Below the pieces are notes generated by a model. The model had not been told where the DNA came from. It searched no databases and saw nothing but the letters and a program-made list of their open reading frames with translations. Of a DNA stretch of 64,000 nucleotides, positions 48,090 to 58,017 are shown piece by piece. Each line of letters starts with the position of its first letter. Positions within the stretch are counted from its first letter, which is position 1. The stretch is from Trueperaceae bacterium. Its GTDB lineage: Bacteria; Deinococcota; Deinococci; Deinococcales; Trueperaceae. The stretch is taken from contig OZ243956.1 in assembly GCA_965214405.1 (NCBI GenBank), forward strand, positions 928,001 to 992,000, read 5' to 3'. Both the position numbers and the translations under genes were made by a program.

Positions 48090-48557
48090 CTAGTCGTGGT
48101 GGATGAGGTGCGTAGGAGTGTGAGGGGGCTCGAGCAACCCTTTTTTAAGAAAGCTCGGGTAGAGGGCGAGCGTGCAGAGTTCGTCAAGCGGAAACCGGCG
48201 GAAGATGAGTTTAAGGTCTCCCTCTTGTCCCATAAATTCTTCTGCCCCGTAGAGTGAGGAAGCCTCGAGAAAATCCATCAGGAAGTAGAGCGACAGCTCG
48301 TGATAGTCGGTTTCGTCATGGCGAAAAAAGTTTTCCACAACCCAAAGCAGCCTCCTTACCTCGACGTCCGCCGCCAACTCCTCCCGCATCTCTCGCTTTA
48401 GGGTGTTGGGGGAGGGCTCGAGCAGTTCGCCGCGGCCTCCCGGTAGCGCCCAAAAATCGTCCCGCTCGCTCCTGTGCAGGAGTACATGCTCGTTATGAAG
48501 CGCCACGCCGACGACGCGGTGGTTGAAGCGTTTGCCGTTTTTAGCGAAGTTAATCAC
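48090..48557 (-). CDS. NUDIX hydrolase
   Basis: FWALPGGRGELLEPSPNTLKREMREEL, LWVVENFF; GTG start at 48557. Confidence 0.88.
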   Translation of the reverse strand: MINFAKNGKRFNHRVVGVALHNEHVLLHRSERDDFWALPGGRGELLEPSPNTLKREMREELAADVEVRRLLWVVENFFRHDETDYHELSLYFLMDFLEASSLYGAEEFMGQEGDLKLIFRRFPLDELCTLALYPSFLKKGLLEPPHTPTHLIHHD

Positions 48558-48558
48558 G

Positions 48559-49554
48559 CTAGTAAAATACCGTACGCGTCCGGTGACGCGGTACGGCCTT
48601 GTATTTTGGCTCCTGCCCACGGTTCCACAACAAAAAGTCGAGTTCTTGCGCCGTCACGTCCCTACCCGCCTCTCTAAGCGCCTCGACCATCCCTTCGACT
48701 GCGTGGAGCGCCACCGCGCGAATCTCGACCTCTTCGGGTGAGCCCGCCGCGATGAGTTTGCCCGCGTCAATCCGCGCGGCGAGCGAGGCGTCGTAATCTA
48801 ACACCCCATCCACGCGCAGCACGTGCGGCACCAGGTTGTCGGCAAAAATGGTGAGGCGGCGTAAGTCGGCAAAGCGGCCGTAACCCTGACCCTCAAAAGC
48901 TAGCGACAAGTCGGAGGCGCTGATTTGGGCGCGCTTGTAGAGGGGCACATCAAGCTCACCTCCCAACCTGTCTCCCACAGTTGGATAGGTCGCCACGTCC
49001 TGAAAATACGGCATGTCGGCGAGGAGTGTGCAAAGGCGTTCAGCCGACCCCTGCGCCGCTTCGATAAGGGTGACGAACGAACCCCCGTAACGCGTCAAAA
49101 GCAGCGCGCCGAGATCATTAAGCGCTTTGGCAAAAAGGTTCATGAGTTCGGCGCGCACAGGGTCCTGCACATCCTGACCAAACATCGCGGCGCAGTCTTC
49201 CACCGTGAGGCCCCTCAGCGCCGCCGCCGAGAGCGGGCCGCGAGCGTTAAAACGGTCCTTGAGATGTGACACCACCGTAAAGTATCCCGACATGCCGGGG
49301 CGCTTGAGGAGGTGCGGGAAGTAGCCCGAGCCAAAGTTGACCGCGTCGAGCGTGAGCACGTACGCGGCGGTCGCGTCGGGTGGGCCGAGGTAGTGGTGGA
49401 CGGGGTCGTAGCTGGGGCGAGTGGGCTCGAGCCTCCACTCCCCCACATAAGCAAGAAGCGCCTCATGGTTGATGCGGACGTACCTCGCCCGCTCCGCCAC
49501 CTTTTTGCACGCGCTTCGGACGCTTTCAAAAAGGCTCAAAGGCTGTTTCCCCAA
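48559..49554 (-). CDS. Queuosine salvage protein (DUF2419 / QNG1-like)
   Basis: LDAVNFGSG, YKRAQI, LTIFADNLVPHVLR, EVEIRA, LDFLLW, HRTRTVFY. Confidence 0.88.
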   Translation of the reverse strand: MGKQPLSLFESVRSACKKVAERARYVRINHEALLAYVGEWRLEPTRPSYDPVHHYLGPPDATAAYVLTLDAVNFGSGYFPHLLKRPGMSGYFTVVSHLKDRFNARGPLSAAALRGLTVEDCAAMFGQDVQDPVRAELMNLFAKALNDLGALLLTRYGGSFVTLIEAAQGSAERLCTLLADMPYFQDVATYPTVGDRLGGELDVPLYKRAQISASDLSLAFEGQGYGRFADLRRLTIFADNLVPHVLRVDGVLDYDASLAARIDAGKLIAAGSPEEVEIRAVALHAVEGMVEALREAGRDVTAQELDFLLWNRGQEPKYKAVPRHRTRTVFY

Positions 49555-49685
49555 CCATTAAACCGTCTGGGTCTGTTTTTTTGAATTTTGCAAGAAGAGT
49601 ACGTCACACCCCAGTTTAACGACCTGGGGGAGAAAAACGTACGCGGCACCGAAGCGCCGCGTAGTCGTTCAAACGTTTAGAAAGC

Positions 49686-50852
49686 CTAGAAGCGGAAAAT
49701 AGCCGCGGCCATGCTCTCGCCCGGCACGTCGCCCGGCGCGACCGCGTAGACGACGCCGCCGTTGAGGAGCGTTTGCACCGCGACGAAGTCGAGCAGGTCC
49801 TCGTCGCCCTTTTCCTCTTCACCGTGAAACTCAGCCTGACGCGCTTCCTCGTCGTAGCGGCCCCAGCGCTGCGCGCCGACCGCCACAAAGAGGGTTTCGA
49901 TGCGCGCGTCCGTCGAGGCGGGCAGGAGTTCTTGCAGGTCGCTCGAGCCCAAATCTTTCGCCAACGCCTCTTCCAAGCGCCCCCTGGCCTTCTCCTGCTT
50001 TTTGTGAAAGTGAGGCTGCACGGTTTCCCAAGCGCGCTCGCGCACCTCGTCGGGGCTCAAGCGGTCGGGGTCATGCGAGACCGCCTCGCCTAACAAGTGC
50101 GTATAGTGGTTGGCCTCTTTGTAGAGCGGAAAAAGGTAATCGACGCCCATAAACACGAGCGGCACGCCCTGCGACACGGCGTTGCCGAGCGCTTCCCTAA
50201 CGCCGTTGTCGAGCTTGCGGAAAAAGCGCAGGATTTTCATCTTGCGGTCGTCAGCCTCCGCGCCCGTGCCGTGAAAGGCGGCGTCCGCGCGTCCGGGCGC
50301 GCCCGACGTGGTCGAGACGGTGTGCTGCTGCAACGACTCCTCGGGGTCGTCGTATTTGAGCGCCTCGTCTAGGCTCGTGGGCGTCTCTTCTAAATCCATC
50401 TCGCCGATGTTGTCGCGGCTCGCCTCGAAGAGGCGCGTGTTGCCTAAATTCGCCGCCAACACATAGAAGCGCCCGTCGTCGGTCAGGAGCGGCAGGAGCG
50501 GCTTGAGGTGAAAGCGGTCGGACACCGTCACGAGCTCGTCAAAGGCGCGCGGCGTCCGGTAGCGGTAGGTTTCGCCCTCGGCCAAAAACATCGCCAGACC
50601 CGCCCTCTGGTGCTGCCAGAAATTGTTATCTTCGACCAGGCGGGTGGCGGGCTCGAGCAGCGCCTGCGCCGCCTTGGGGTCGGTCCCCCTGTTGGCGAGC
50701 AGCCGCTCGGCCTCTCTCGTGGCATTTTTGAAGCGGATGCGGTTTTCGCGCGTGTCCGCGCCCGCCTGGTGCGTGGGGATAAAAATCGACACCGCCGCCT
50801 TCTCACGGCGTCCGCTAAGCGTTTTAAGGTCTTCTTTGGAGATGACACTCAT
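49686..50852 (-). CDS. Bacterial archaeo-eukaryotic release factor-like protein (baeRF3/7-type)
   Basis: VSIFIPTH...NRIRFKN, FHLKPLLP, RIETLFV, DLLDFVAVQTLLNGGVVY, AAIFRF. Confidence 0.8.
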   Translation of the reverse strand: MSVISKEDLKTLSGRREKAAVSIFIPTHQAGADTRENRIRFKNATREAERLLANRGTDPKAAQALLEPATRLVEDNNFWQHQRAGLAMFLAEGETYRYRTPRAFDELVTVSDRFHLKPLLPLLTDDGRFYVLAANLGNTRLFEASRDNIGEMDLEETPTSLDEALKYDDPEESLQQHTVSTTSGAPGRADAAFHGTGAEADDRKMKILRFFRKLDNGVREALGNAVSQGVPLVFMGVDYLFPLYKEANHYTHLLGEAVSHDPDRLSPDEVRERAWETVQPHFHKKQEKARGRLEEALAKDLGSSDLQELLPASTDARIETLFVAVGAQRWGRYDEEARQAEFHGEEEKGDEDLLDFVAVQTLLNGGVVYAVAPGDVPGESMAAAIFRF

Positions 50853-51022
50853 GTTTGCCTCCCTTTTGTTCAGCATGTTTACCCGGCACGGGGAAAGATA
50901 ATCTCGACTTAGGGTTACATGTTCCGCGGACACGGACCGTAACGTGATTACAAGAATTTAGAGCGCCACAACGCGCTCATCAACGTGCTTATCTTCTTTC
51001 GGGCGTCCAATCCCAAAAAACG

Positions 51023-51679
51023 TCACCTCGGCTTGACCACCACGCGGCGCTCACGGCCCTCGCCCGAGGACTCGCTCCTGACCGAGGGGTCGTCGGCCAA
51101 CGCCATGTGGATGACGCGGCGCTCGGCGGCGCTCATGGGCTCCAACTCGACCTCGACACCCGAGCTGCGCACCCGGTCCGCCGCCTTATGCGCGCTCTCG
51201 CGCAGGCGGTCGTCGCGGCGGCGCTTGTAGCCGCCCACGTCGATATTGACGCGCACCGACGCGTCGCCCCGATTGCTCACCGTGTTGATAACCGTGTTGG
51301 TCACGTACTCGAGCGCACTTAAGGTCCGCCCGCCCCGGCCGATAATCTTGCCGGGATCGCCGCCAAAAATGTCGGCATTGATTTCGCGCTCGCCCGCCTC
51401 GTCCGACCACCTCAGCTCGACCGCGTAGGCGGGGTCAAAGTTGAGGAGCAGGTTGACCAAAAAGGACTCGAGCCGCTCGTCTACGCTCCCCTGCGCGGGT
51501 TCGGGCACCGGCAGGGAGGGCTCGAGCTGCAAATCCTCGCCCGCCCCACGTGGCGTAGCCTCGTCCTCGCTGCTCGCCCTCTCACGACGCTCGCTCGGCA
51601 GCGCGTCTTCAAAAGAAGGTTCTTCCTCGTCCGTGCTGATGCCGATGTTCTCGAGGTACTTGTCTAAATCGTCAGCCAT
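51023..51679 (-). CDS. jag: Jag/EloR (KhpB) RNA-binding protein, KH + R3H
   Basis: IIGRGGRTLSAL (KH), MSAAERRVIHMAL (R3H); downstream of yidC. Confidence 0.9.
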   Translation of the reverse strand: MADDLDKYLENIGISTDEEEPSFEDALPSERRERASSEDEATPRGAGEDLQLEPSLPVPEPAQGSVDERLESFLVNLLLNFDPAYAVELRWSDEAGEREINADIFGGDPGKIIGRGGRTLSALEYVTNTVINTVSNRGDASVRVNIDVGGYKRRRDDRLRESAHKAADRVRSSGVEVELEPMSAAERRVIHMALADDPSVRSESSGEGRERRVVVKPR

Positions 51680-51775
51680 AGGGTCCCTTTGCTCAAAGTG
51701 TAGGGGATACTATCACACTTCGGGCGGCGGGAAACCTGCCGAAAGGAAAAAGGCGGGCTTCCATCATGAGCACCG

Positions 51776-53380
51776 TTAGGCCGCTTTAACGGGCGCGGGC
51801 GCTTGGCGGTTGATGAGGTAATACTGAAACACCTGAACCGACATCGACACAACCCAATAGAGCGTCACACCTGCGGGAAAGTTGATCACGAAAAAGATGA
51901 ACACGACGTTGATAAGAAGCTGCTGGCGCAGGCTCTGGGGATTGCCCCGCGTCATGAAGTAGGACTGACCGATCATCACGCCCACGTACAAAATCGGCAG
52001 GATGTAATAGGGATCGGCTAAACCTAAGTCGGGGATCCAGAGAAAGCCCTCGGCAAAGTTGAAGTTGGAAAACACGCGCCAGAGGATGATAAAGAGGGGC
52101 ATCTGTAAAAGAATAGGCAAGCAGCCGCCCGCCGGGTTGACGCCCGCCTCCTGGTAGAGCTTCATCGTTTCCTGGGTGAGCTTCTCGCGGTCGTTTTTGT
52201 GCTTTTTTTGCAGCGCCTGGATTTTGGGCTGCAACTCCTGCATCCCCTTCATCGAGCGCGTTTGGGTGGCAATCAAGGGCCAAACGAGCACGCGGAAAAT
52301 GAGCGTCAAGACGATGATGGAAAGCCCCCACGAGCCCACCACGTCGTGAATCGCGGCGAGCACCGCCAATACCCCGAGCGACACGCGGCCCAGGATGTTG
52401 GGCCTGAAAAGCCCCGGCAACTGCTGATAGCCCTCCTGATAGAAGCGGACGAGCTCGTTGGGGCCGCCGTAGACTTCTACGTCAAAAGAGACTTCCGGTT
52501 TAGCGGGGGTAGTGGCGTCAGTGGGGGTGGCGGGTAGCGTTTTCTCGAGCGCAATCACCCGAGTCGAGAGCCTGAGCGCCTCCAACGCGTCCGTCTGCGC
52601 GATGGGCTTTACGACCAGCGCGACGCCCGTGTTGCGGTTGTTGTTTTGCAACGACACGTAGCGCGGGGCCGCGATGGGCTGCGCACCCGGGTCGAGCGTA
52701 AACGACTCGCCGTGCCCCACCTTGACGACCGGCGTTTCTTGATTGGCGATGCCGGGGAAAGCGAGCTGCACAACCGTCGGCTCCCCTGTCGTCGGCTCTG
52801 TTGTGGCCTCAGATGTGGCCTCAGATGTGGCTTCAGGAACGGCCCCACCAGCCTCACCCACAGGCGTCACGGTGAGAGACACCTCGAAGGTCTGCGCCAC
52901 GTGACTGACGACAACCCTTTTGTCTACGTTGTAACGTCCCGCCGTGTAGGAAAACGTGCCCTCGAGGGTGTCGGCGTCGACGCGCTGCCAGGCACCCTGG
53001 ACGTTTCGGGGCAAAAAGTAGCTGCCGTTGATGAGCACCGCCCCAGCGGGCACCGACGCGCTCAGCGGGACAAGGTTCTGGCCCGCGCCCAGCGAATAGT
53101 TACCGCCTAAGTCGCGCCCCGTTTGCGGTTTGCTAAAGAGCGCCACGAGTTCGCCCGCCGAGTCGAAAAAATAGTCCGCGCCTTTGGTGGTGATGAGGCT
53201 CAGCTCGGCGTCTTGCTGGGAGCACCAAAAGCTTTCTGCGCCCGCGGCGGCGCAGGTCGCGGTAAGGTCCGACGCGTCACGAAAGGTGGTGGCGCTAAAG
53301 GGCGTGAGGTCGAATTCGACCCTGGCGGACGAGAAAGATAAGAGAGAGAAAAGGGCAAAAAGAAATAGCGTGCGTTTCAA
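51776..53380 (-). CDS. yidC: Membrane protein insertase
   Basis: [46 protein letters not shown]. Confidence 0.93.
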   Translation of the reverse strand: MKRTLFLFALFSLLSFSSARVEFDLTPFSATTFRDASDLTATCAAAGAESFWCSQQDAELSLITTKGADYFFDSAGELVALFSKPQTGRDLGGNYSLGAGQNLVPLSASVPAGAVLINGSYFLPRNVQGAWQRVDADTLEGTFSYTAGRYNVDKRVVVSHVAQTFEVSLTVTPVGEAGGAVPEATSEATSEATTEPTTGEPTVVQLAFPGIANQETPVVKVGHGESFTLDPGAQPIAAPRYVSLQNNNRNTGVALVVKPIAQTDALEALRLSTRVIALEKTLPATPTDATTPAKPEVSFDVEVYGGPNELVRFYQEGYQQLPGLFRPNILGRVSLGVLAVLAAIHDVVGSWGLSIIVLTLIFRVLVWPLIATQTRSMKGMQELQPKIQALQKKHKNDREKLTQETMKLYQEAGVNPAGGCLPILLQMPLFIILWRVFSNFNFAEGFLWIPDLGLADPYYILPILYVGVMIGQSYFMTRGNPQSLRQQLLINVVFIFFVINFPAGVTLYWVVSMSVQVFQYYLINRQAPAPVKAA

Positions 53381-53694
53381 GGTTCCTCCGTGCGTTCGGG
53401 AACGGGGTCAAAGCCGCCGGGGTGAAAAGGGTGACACTTGAGCAGTCGCTTAGAGGCCAAAGTGAAGCCCTTGAGAACGCCGAAGCGCAAAACGGCTTCT
53501 TCGGCGTAAGCGCTGCAGGACGGGCTAAAGCGGCAGCTCGGCTGCGCCTTGAGGGGCGACAGGAAGCGCCTGTAAAAACGAACGGGCGCGAGCGCGAGCG
53601 TTTTTGTCAGGCCGGTCTGTGCCCATTCCACCTTCTGTATATTGGGCTTGGTTTGCACCGCGTCCCTCACGTTCGCTCGCTCTCGCCCTACCAT
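53377..53694 (-). CDS. yidD: Membrane protein insertion efficiency factor
   Basis: [32 protein letters not shown]; start uncertain. Confidence 0.9.
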   Translation of the reverse strand: MVGRERANVRDAVQTKPNIQKVEWAQTGLTKTLALAPVRFYRRFLSPLKAQPSCRFSPSCSAYAEEAVLRFGVLKGFTLASKRLLKCHPFHPGGFDPVPERTEEP

Positions 53695-53701
53695 GTCCCC
53701 T

Positions 53702-54064
53702 TCAACATAACACCCCGCTCTTACGGAGCGCGTAAGCGAGCGCGTGCTCGAGCCCCCCATAACTCGCCTCGGCGGCCTCGGGTCTGGCAATGATGAGCAG
53801 GTCGAAAGAGGCCACGCCGCCCCGTCGCGCTTCGCGCTTTAGGCTCGAGGCGCGCAGAATACGCAAGAGCGCCTCTCTAAGCCGCCGCCTCACCCTGTTT
53901 CTCACGACCGCCTTGCCCACCTTTTTGCTCACCACCACGCCGACGCGCACCCGTCCCTCCTGCGTCGGTCGCCAGCGGAGGCTCAACAATTTGGTGTTAC
54001 CGGAGCGTCCCTTACGCATCCGCTGGAACGCGCGGTCGCCTTTGAGCGACACCGGGGTTAGCAT
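53702..54064 (-). CDS. rnpA: Ribonuclease P protein component
   Basis: [23 protein letters not shown]. Confidence 0.93.
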   Translation of the reverse strand: MLTPVSLKGDRAFQRMRKGRSGNTKLLSLRWRPTQEGRVRVGVVVSKKVGKAVVRNRVRRRLREALLRILRASSLKREARRGGVASFDLLIIARPEAAEASYGGLEHALAYALRKSGVLC

Positions 54065-54143
54065 GAGCGGGCGTGCAGGAGGAGTGGGGGCAGTTGTGAG
54101 CTCACGGTAGACTCAGTGAATCCTGCGTTGCAGGCTGCAAACT

Positions 54144-54287
54144 CTACTCGTCGGAGACGGACAAGCGTTTGCGACCCCGCGCGCGGCGGCGTTTGATAAC
54201 GTTGCGACCGGCAGACGTTTTCATGCGGGCGCGAAAGCCGTGCGTCTTGGCGCGCTTGCGCTTGTTGGGTTGATAGGTGCGTTTCAT
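54144..54287 (-). CDS. rpmH: 50S ribosomal protein L34
   Basis: Manual translation [47 protein letters not shown] (47 aa); AAGGAG RBS. Confidence 0.97.
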   Translation of the reverse strand: MKRTYQPNKRKRAKTHGFRARMKTSAGRNVIKRRRARGRKRLSVSDE

Positions 54288-54523
54288 ATCTTACTCCTTA
54301 TGGTTTTGAGATGACCGGCCCCACACGAACCACCCACACTCCGGTAACGGACCGCGGGATGAAAAAGGGCGGAAGAATATATCAAGTTGCTTACAGCGGA
54401 AGCCGCCTAAACAAACCGTACGAGCTTACCACAAATCGTCGCGCTTCTGTCGGACGCGCTTTACAGCTCGAGAAGACGTCCGCGCAAACCAAACGAGGGT
54501 CGAACGTGCGTCTCCTCAAACCG

Positions 54524-55999
54524 CTAGAACGGGGCGAGGGGTGCGAAGGCGTCGCCTGCGGCCTGCTCGAGCCCGCCCACCAAGCGCAGCAAGCGCGCGT
54601 CTTCTAACGCGGGCGCAAAAAACTGCACGCCGCAAGGCAAGCCCGCGTCGTCCGTCCCGGCGGGCACGCTGAGAGCGGGGATGCCCACCAGGTTGGCCGA
54701 GACCGTGTCAACGTCGTTCAAATACATCGCCAGCGGGTCGGTTGTTTCGCCCAGCCCGAAGGCCGTGGTCGGCGTGGTGGGTGACATGAGCAGGTCGAAT
54801 CTCTTAAAAGCGCGGCTAAAGTCGTCCGCGATGAGGCGGCGCACCCGGAGCGCCTTGCCGTAGTAGGCGTCGTAGTAGCCCGCCGAGAGCGCGTAGGTGC
54901 CCATCAGGATGCGGCGGCGCACCTCGGGACCCAGCGTGGCCCCGCGGCTCCGCCGCATCACCTCGGCCTGCCCCAGCGCGTCGTCGCCCACGCGGGCGCT
55001 GTAGGTCATCCCGTCGTAACGCGCTAGGTTGGCGCTCGCCTCGGCGGGCGCGACGAGGTAATAGGTCGGCACCGCGTAAGACACGTGCGGGAGCGACGCC
55101 TCGCCCAAACGCGCGCCCAGCGCTCTCAGCCGCTCCTGCATCCCAATGAGCGCCGCCCGAACGCCCGCGCTGTTGCCCTCGCCGGAGAGTTCGGTGATGA
55201 GGCCGATGCGGAGGCCCTCGAGCCCCTCTGCCCCAGACGCCGACTTCAAGGGATAAGCAGGCGCGTCCTCCCCATCTTCCAAACTTGTTGCGTCTTTCGG
55301 GTCATGACCACCCATCGCCGCCATCATCAGCGCCAAATCCTTTGCGCTCCGGCAGAGCACCCCGACCTGGTCGAGCGAACTCGCAAAGGCCACCACGCCG
55401 TAACGCGACAAACGGCCATAGGTCGGCTTAAACCCGACTAAACCGCAAAAACTCGCCGGTTGCCGCACCGAGCCGCCCGTGTCGGTGCCTATGGCGACGG
55501 GCGCGACCCCCGCCGCCACCGCCGCCGCCGACCCGCCCGACGAGCCCCCCGGCACCCGCGCCGTGTCCCAAGGATTTTTAACCGGCCCAAACGCGGAATG
55601 TTCATTGGACGAGCCCATCCCGAACTCGTCTAAATTGGCCTTGGCGATGACCACCGCCCCCGCCGCAGAAAGCCGCTCGACCACCGTGGCGCTGTAAGGC
55701 GGCACGAAATGCTCTAAACTTCTCGAGCCCGCGGTGGTGCGAATCCCCTTGGTGAGAATGTTGTCTTTGACGACCACGGGCACGCCCGCCAAAGGCCCCA
55801 CGTCCTCGCCCGCCGAGAGTGCCGCGTCGAGCGAACGGGCGCGCTCAACAGCCTCCTCCCCCGCGACCGTCACAAACGCGTTGAGCGGCCCCACTTCTTC
55901 CGCCCGCGCTAACGCAGCCCGCACCACCTCTTCCGCGCTCACCCGGCGGGCTCTTACATCGTCGGCTATTTCGTGCGCGAACTTGTCCACAAACGCCAT
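54524..55999 (-). CDS. gatA: Glu/Asp-tRNA amidotransferase subunit A
   Basis: VKDN, GGSSGGSA, GTDTGGSVRQPA, GPEVRRRILMGTYALSAGYYDAYY, DPLAMYLND. Confidence 0.93.
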   Translation of the reverse strand: MAFVDKFAHEIADDVRARRVSAEEVVRAALARAEEVGPLNAFVTVAGEEAVERARSLDAALSAGEDVGPLAGVPVVVKDNILTKGIRTTAGSRSLEHFVPPYSATVVERLSAAGAVVIAKANLDEFGMGSSNEHSAFGPVKNPWDTARVPGGSSGGSAAAVAAGVAPVAIGTDTGGSVRQPASFCGLVGFKPTYGRLSRYGVVAFASSLDQVGVLCRSAKDLALMMAAMGGHDPKDATSLEDGEDAPAYPLKSASGAEGLEGLRIGLITELSGEGNSAGVRAALIGMQERLRALGARLGEASLPHVSYAVPTYYLVAPAEASANLARYDGMTYSARVGDDALGQAEVMRRSRGATLGPEVRRRILMGTYALSAGYYDAYYGKALRVRRLIADDFSRAFKRFDLLMSPTTPTTAFGLGETTDPLAMYLNDVDTVSANLVGIPALSVPAGTDDAGLPCGVQFFAPALEDARLLRLVGGLEQAAGDAFAPLAPF

Positions 56000-56459
56000 A
56001 GTCGAAGCATACCGCACGGGCTTAGAGGGGCAACGCCGAAGTTTGGTTGGGGTTCAGCTCAGAAGAGGATAAACAACCTGGAGAGGGAACAAAAAACCAA
56101 AAAGAAACCCTCTTCGCCTTTTTCTCGCTCCGTCGGTTCCTCTAAAAAAGAAAGATACACGCTCGAGCCTAACAGTGGCAAAGAGGGATTCGCTGTGAAA
56201 CATCCGTGTCCGCGTCTATATAAACCTCCCTTACTGAACTTAAGAGAAATTGTAGGAGATTTTTAGCGCCAGCACAAGGATGTATATCCTGGCTGTAAGG
56301 TGCATAAAACGTTAAGCTGTAAAGTTGGGGCAAAAGCTGGGTAGCGACGGCACGGGAAGTTGAAAAACGTGACGAGGCTCGAGCGCCCGCCTCACTCCCT
56401 CTTTACCTGTTGGCGTTTTCTGGAGTCCAGCGGCAAAAATCAGATGAGTCTCAAATTTA

Positions 56460-56783
56460 TTAAGCTTCTGCAAGCGCGTTCAGATTCTTCCGCGCCCAGC
56501 CGTCAATCGCGTCGATCACGCCCTGAAGCTCGACCCCCGACGCGGTGAGCGCGTACGTCGTGCGGGGCGGCATCACCGAGAGAACCGTTTTGCTGACCAA
56601 ACCGAGGCTTTCTAGGCGCTCGAGCCGCTGCGCCAGCGTGGTCGGGTTGCAGCCCCCGACGGCGCGGGAGAGTTCGTTAAAGCCCGACGGCCCCCCCAGG
56701 AGCGTGCGGACGATGTGGAGCGTCCACTTCTCCTGAAGCACGTTGATGGCTTCGTAAACGGGGCAAAAGGTGTGCTCGGGCAT
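56460..56783 (-). CDS. HxlR-family winged-helix regulator
   Basis: [39 protein letters not shown]; start at MPEHT. Confidence 0.9.
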   Translation of the reverse strand: MPEHTFCPVYEAINVLQEKWTLHIVRTLLGGPSGFNELSRAVGGCNPTTLAQRLERLESLGLVSKTVLSVMPPRTTYALTASGVELQGVIDAIDGWARKNLNALAEA

Positions 56784-56914
56784 TGGGGAGAGTGTAGCAC
56801 GCGCGGTGCTGTGGGTTGGTATGGGCGGAGAAGAAAAAGTGGTGAGTGGAAGGTGGGGAGTGAAAGTTTGAGAGCTTATGCTCCTTGATTTCTCTCTGCT
56901 TTGGCTCATACGCA

Positions 56915-56947
56915 AGTTGGTAACCAGTCGGTAACCAGTTGATAACC
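56915..56947. repeat. Three tandem 11-mers, candidate operator
   Basis: AGTTGGTAACC / AGTCGGTAACC / AGTTGATAACC between divergent hxlR-like and ftsX genes. Confidence 0.7.
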
Positions 56948-57156
56948 TATGTACAACGCGCTGGGGACGCTTTGGAAAGACGTTTTGCTCACCCTCTCCT
57001 CCGTAACACCTCGCCACCTCTCATCCGAATCCTTGGTATAACGTCCTAGACCGTGATGTTACTTCTCTTTTATTTGCCACTTATCTTGCAACGCCGCCCC
57101 TTCAGCTTTCGCCCGCTCGGTGCCTGACGTGTTGATATCCGGCGGGGACGGTTAAC

Positions 57157-58017
57157 GTGTACGCACTTCAACAAGCGCTGCGCGCGATTCGAAAAAACTG
57201 GATTGCCAGCGTCTCGACGATTACCACCATGACGCTGTCGCTCACCGTCTTGGCGGGCTTTAGCCTCTTAAGCCTCAACCTCAACCAGGTGTTGGCGAGT
57301 TTGCAAGGGGAGTTGGAGATGTCCGCTTACCTCGGCCCCGACGCCAACGCGCCGCTGCTGTTACGCACCGTGGACGCGTGGCCGGAGGTCGCGCGCGTGG
57401 ACCTCGTGTCGCCCGAGGAGGCGCTGCAACTCGTGGTGACCGATTTGCCCGCGCTCAAGGAGGCGGCGGCGCTCGTGGACAACCCGCTACCCGAGACTTT
57501 GGAACTGCGGCTTACGGACCCCGCGCTTACCCCCGCGGTCGCGGCGCGGCTGCAAGCGATGCCCGGCGTCGAGAGCGTCGAGGACAGCCAGGACACCGTG
57601 GCGACCTTTTTGGCTTTTTCCGAGGCCTTGCGCGTGGGCGGGAGCATCCTGATTGTGATCCTGCTCTCGAGCGCGCTCTTCGCCATCGTCAACGCGATTC
57701 GCGCCGCGATTACCGCGCGCCGCGACGAAATCGAGGTGATGCGTTTGGTGGGCGCAACAAAAAGCTTTATCCGCGCGCCCTTCCTTATCGAAGGATTTAT
57801 TTTGGGGCTCTTGAGCGCCGTCGTGACGCTCGCGCTGGTGGTGCCCGGCTACTGGTTTATCGTCACGCGCCTCTCTGAAGGCTTCCGGTTCGTGCCCTTC
57901 GTGCGCGACCCGCAGCTCTTGGGCGAGGTCGTGGTGCTCTTGCTCGCGCTCTCCCTCGCGGTGGGGCTTATCGGCTCCGCCATCTCGGTGTCGCAGTACC
58001 TGCGGGAGGAAATGTGA
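57157..58017 (+). CDS. ftsX: Cell division permease FtsX
   Basis: 4 TM, NPLP, ARRDEIEVMRLVGATKSFIRAPFLIEG. Confidence 0.9.
   Translation: MYALQQALRAIRKNWIASVSTITTMTLSLTVLAGFSLLSLNLNQVLASLQGELEMSAYLGPDANAPLLLRTVDAWPEVARVDLVSPEEALQLVVTDLPALKEAAALVDNPLPETLELRLTDPALTPAVAARLQAMPGVESVEDSQDTVATFLAFSEALRVGGSILIVILLSSALFAIVNAIRAAITARRDEIEVMRLVGATKSFIRAPFLIEGFILGLLSAVVTLALVVPGYWFIVTRLSEGFRFVPFVRDPQLLGEVVVLLLALSLAVGLIGSAISVSQYLREEM

Noticed and set aside
54288..54523. oriC/dnaA expected upstream of rpmH
   Set aside because: The neighbour is gatA and no cluster of TTATCCACA boxes was seen.
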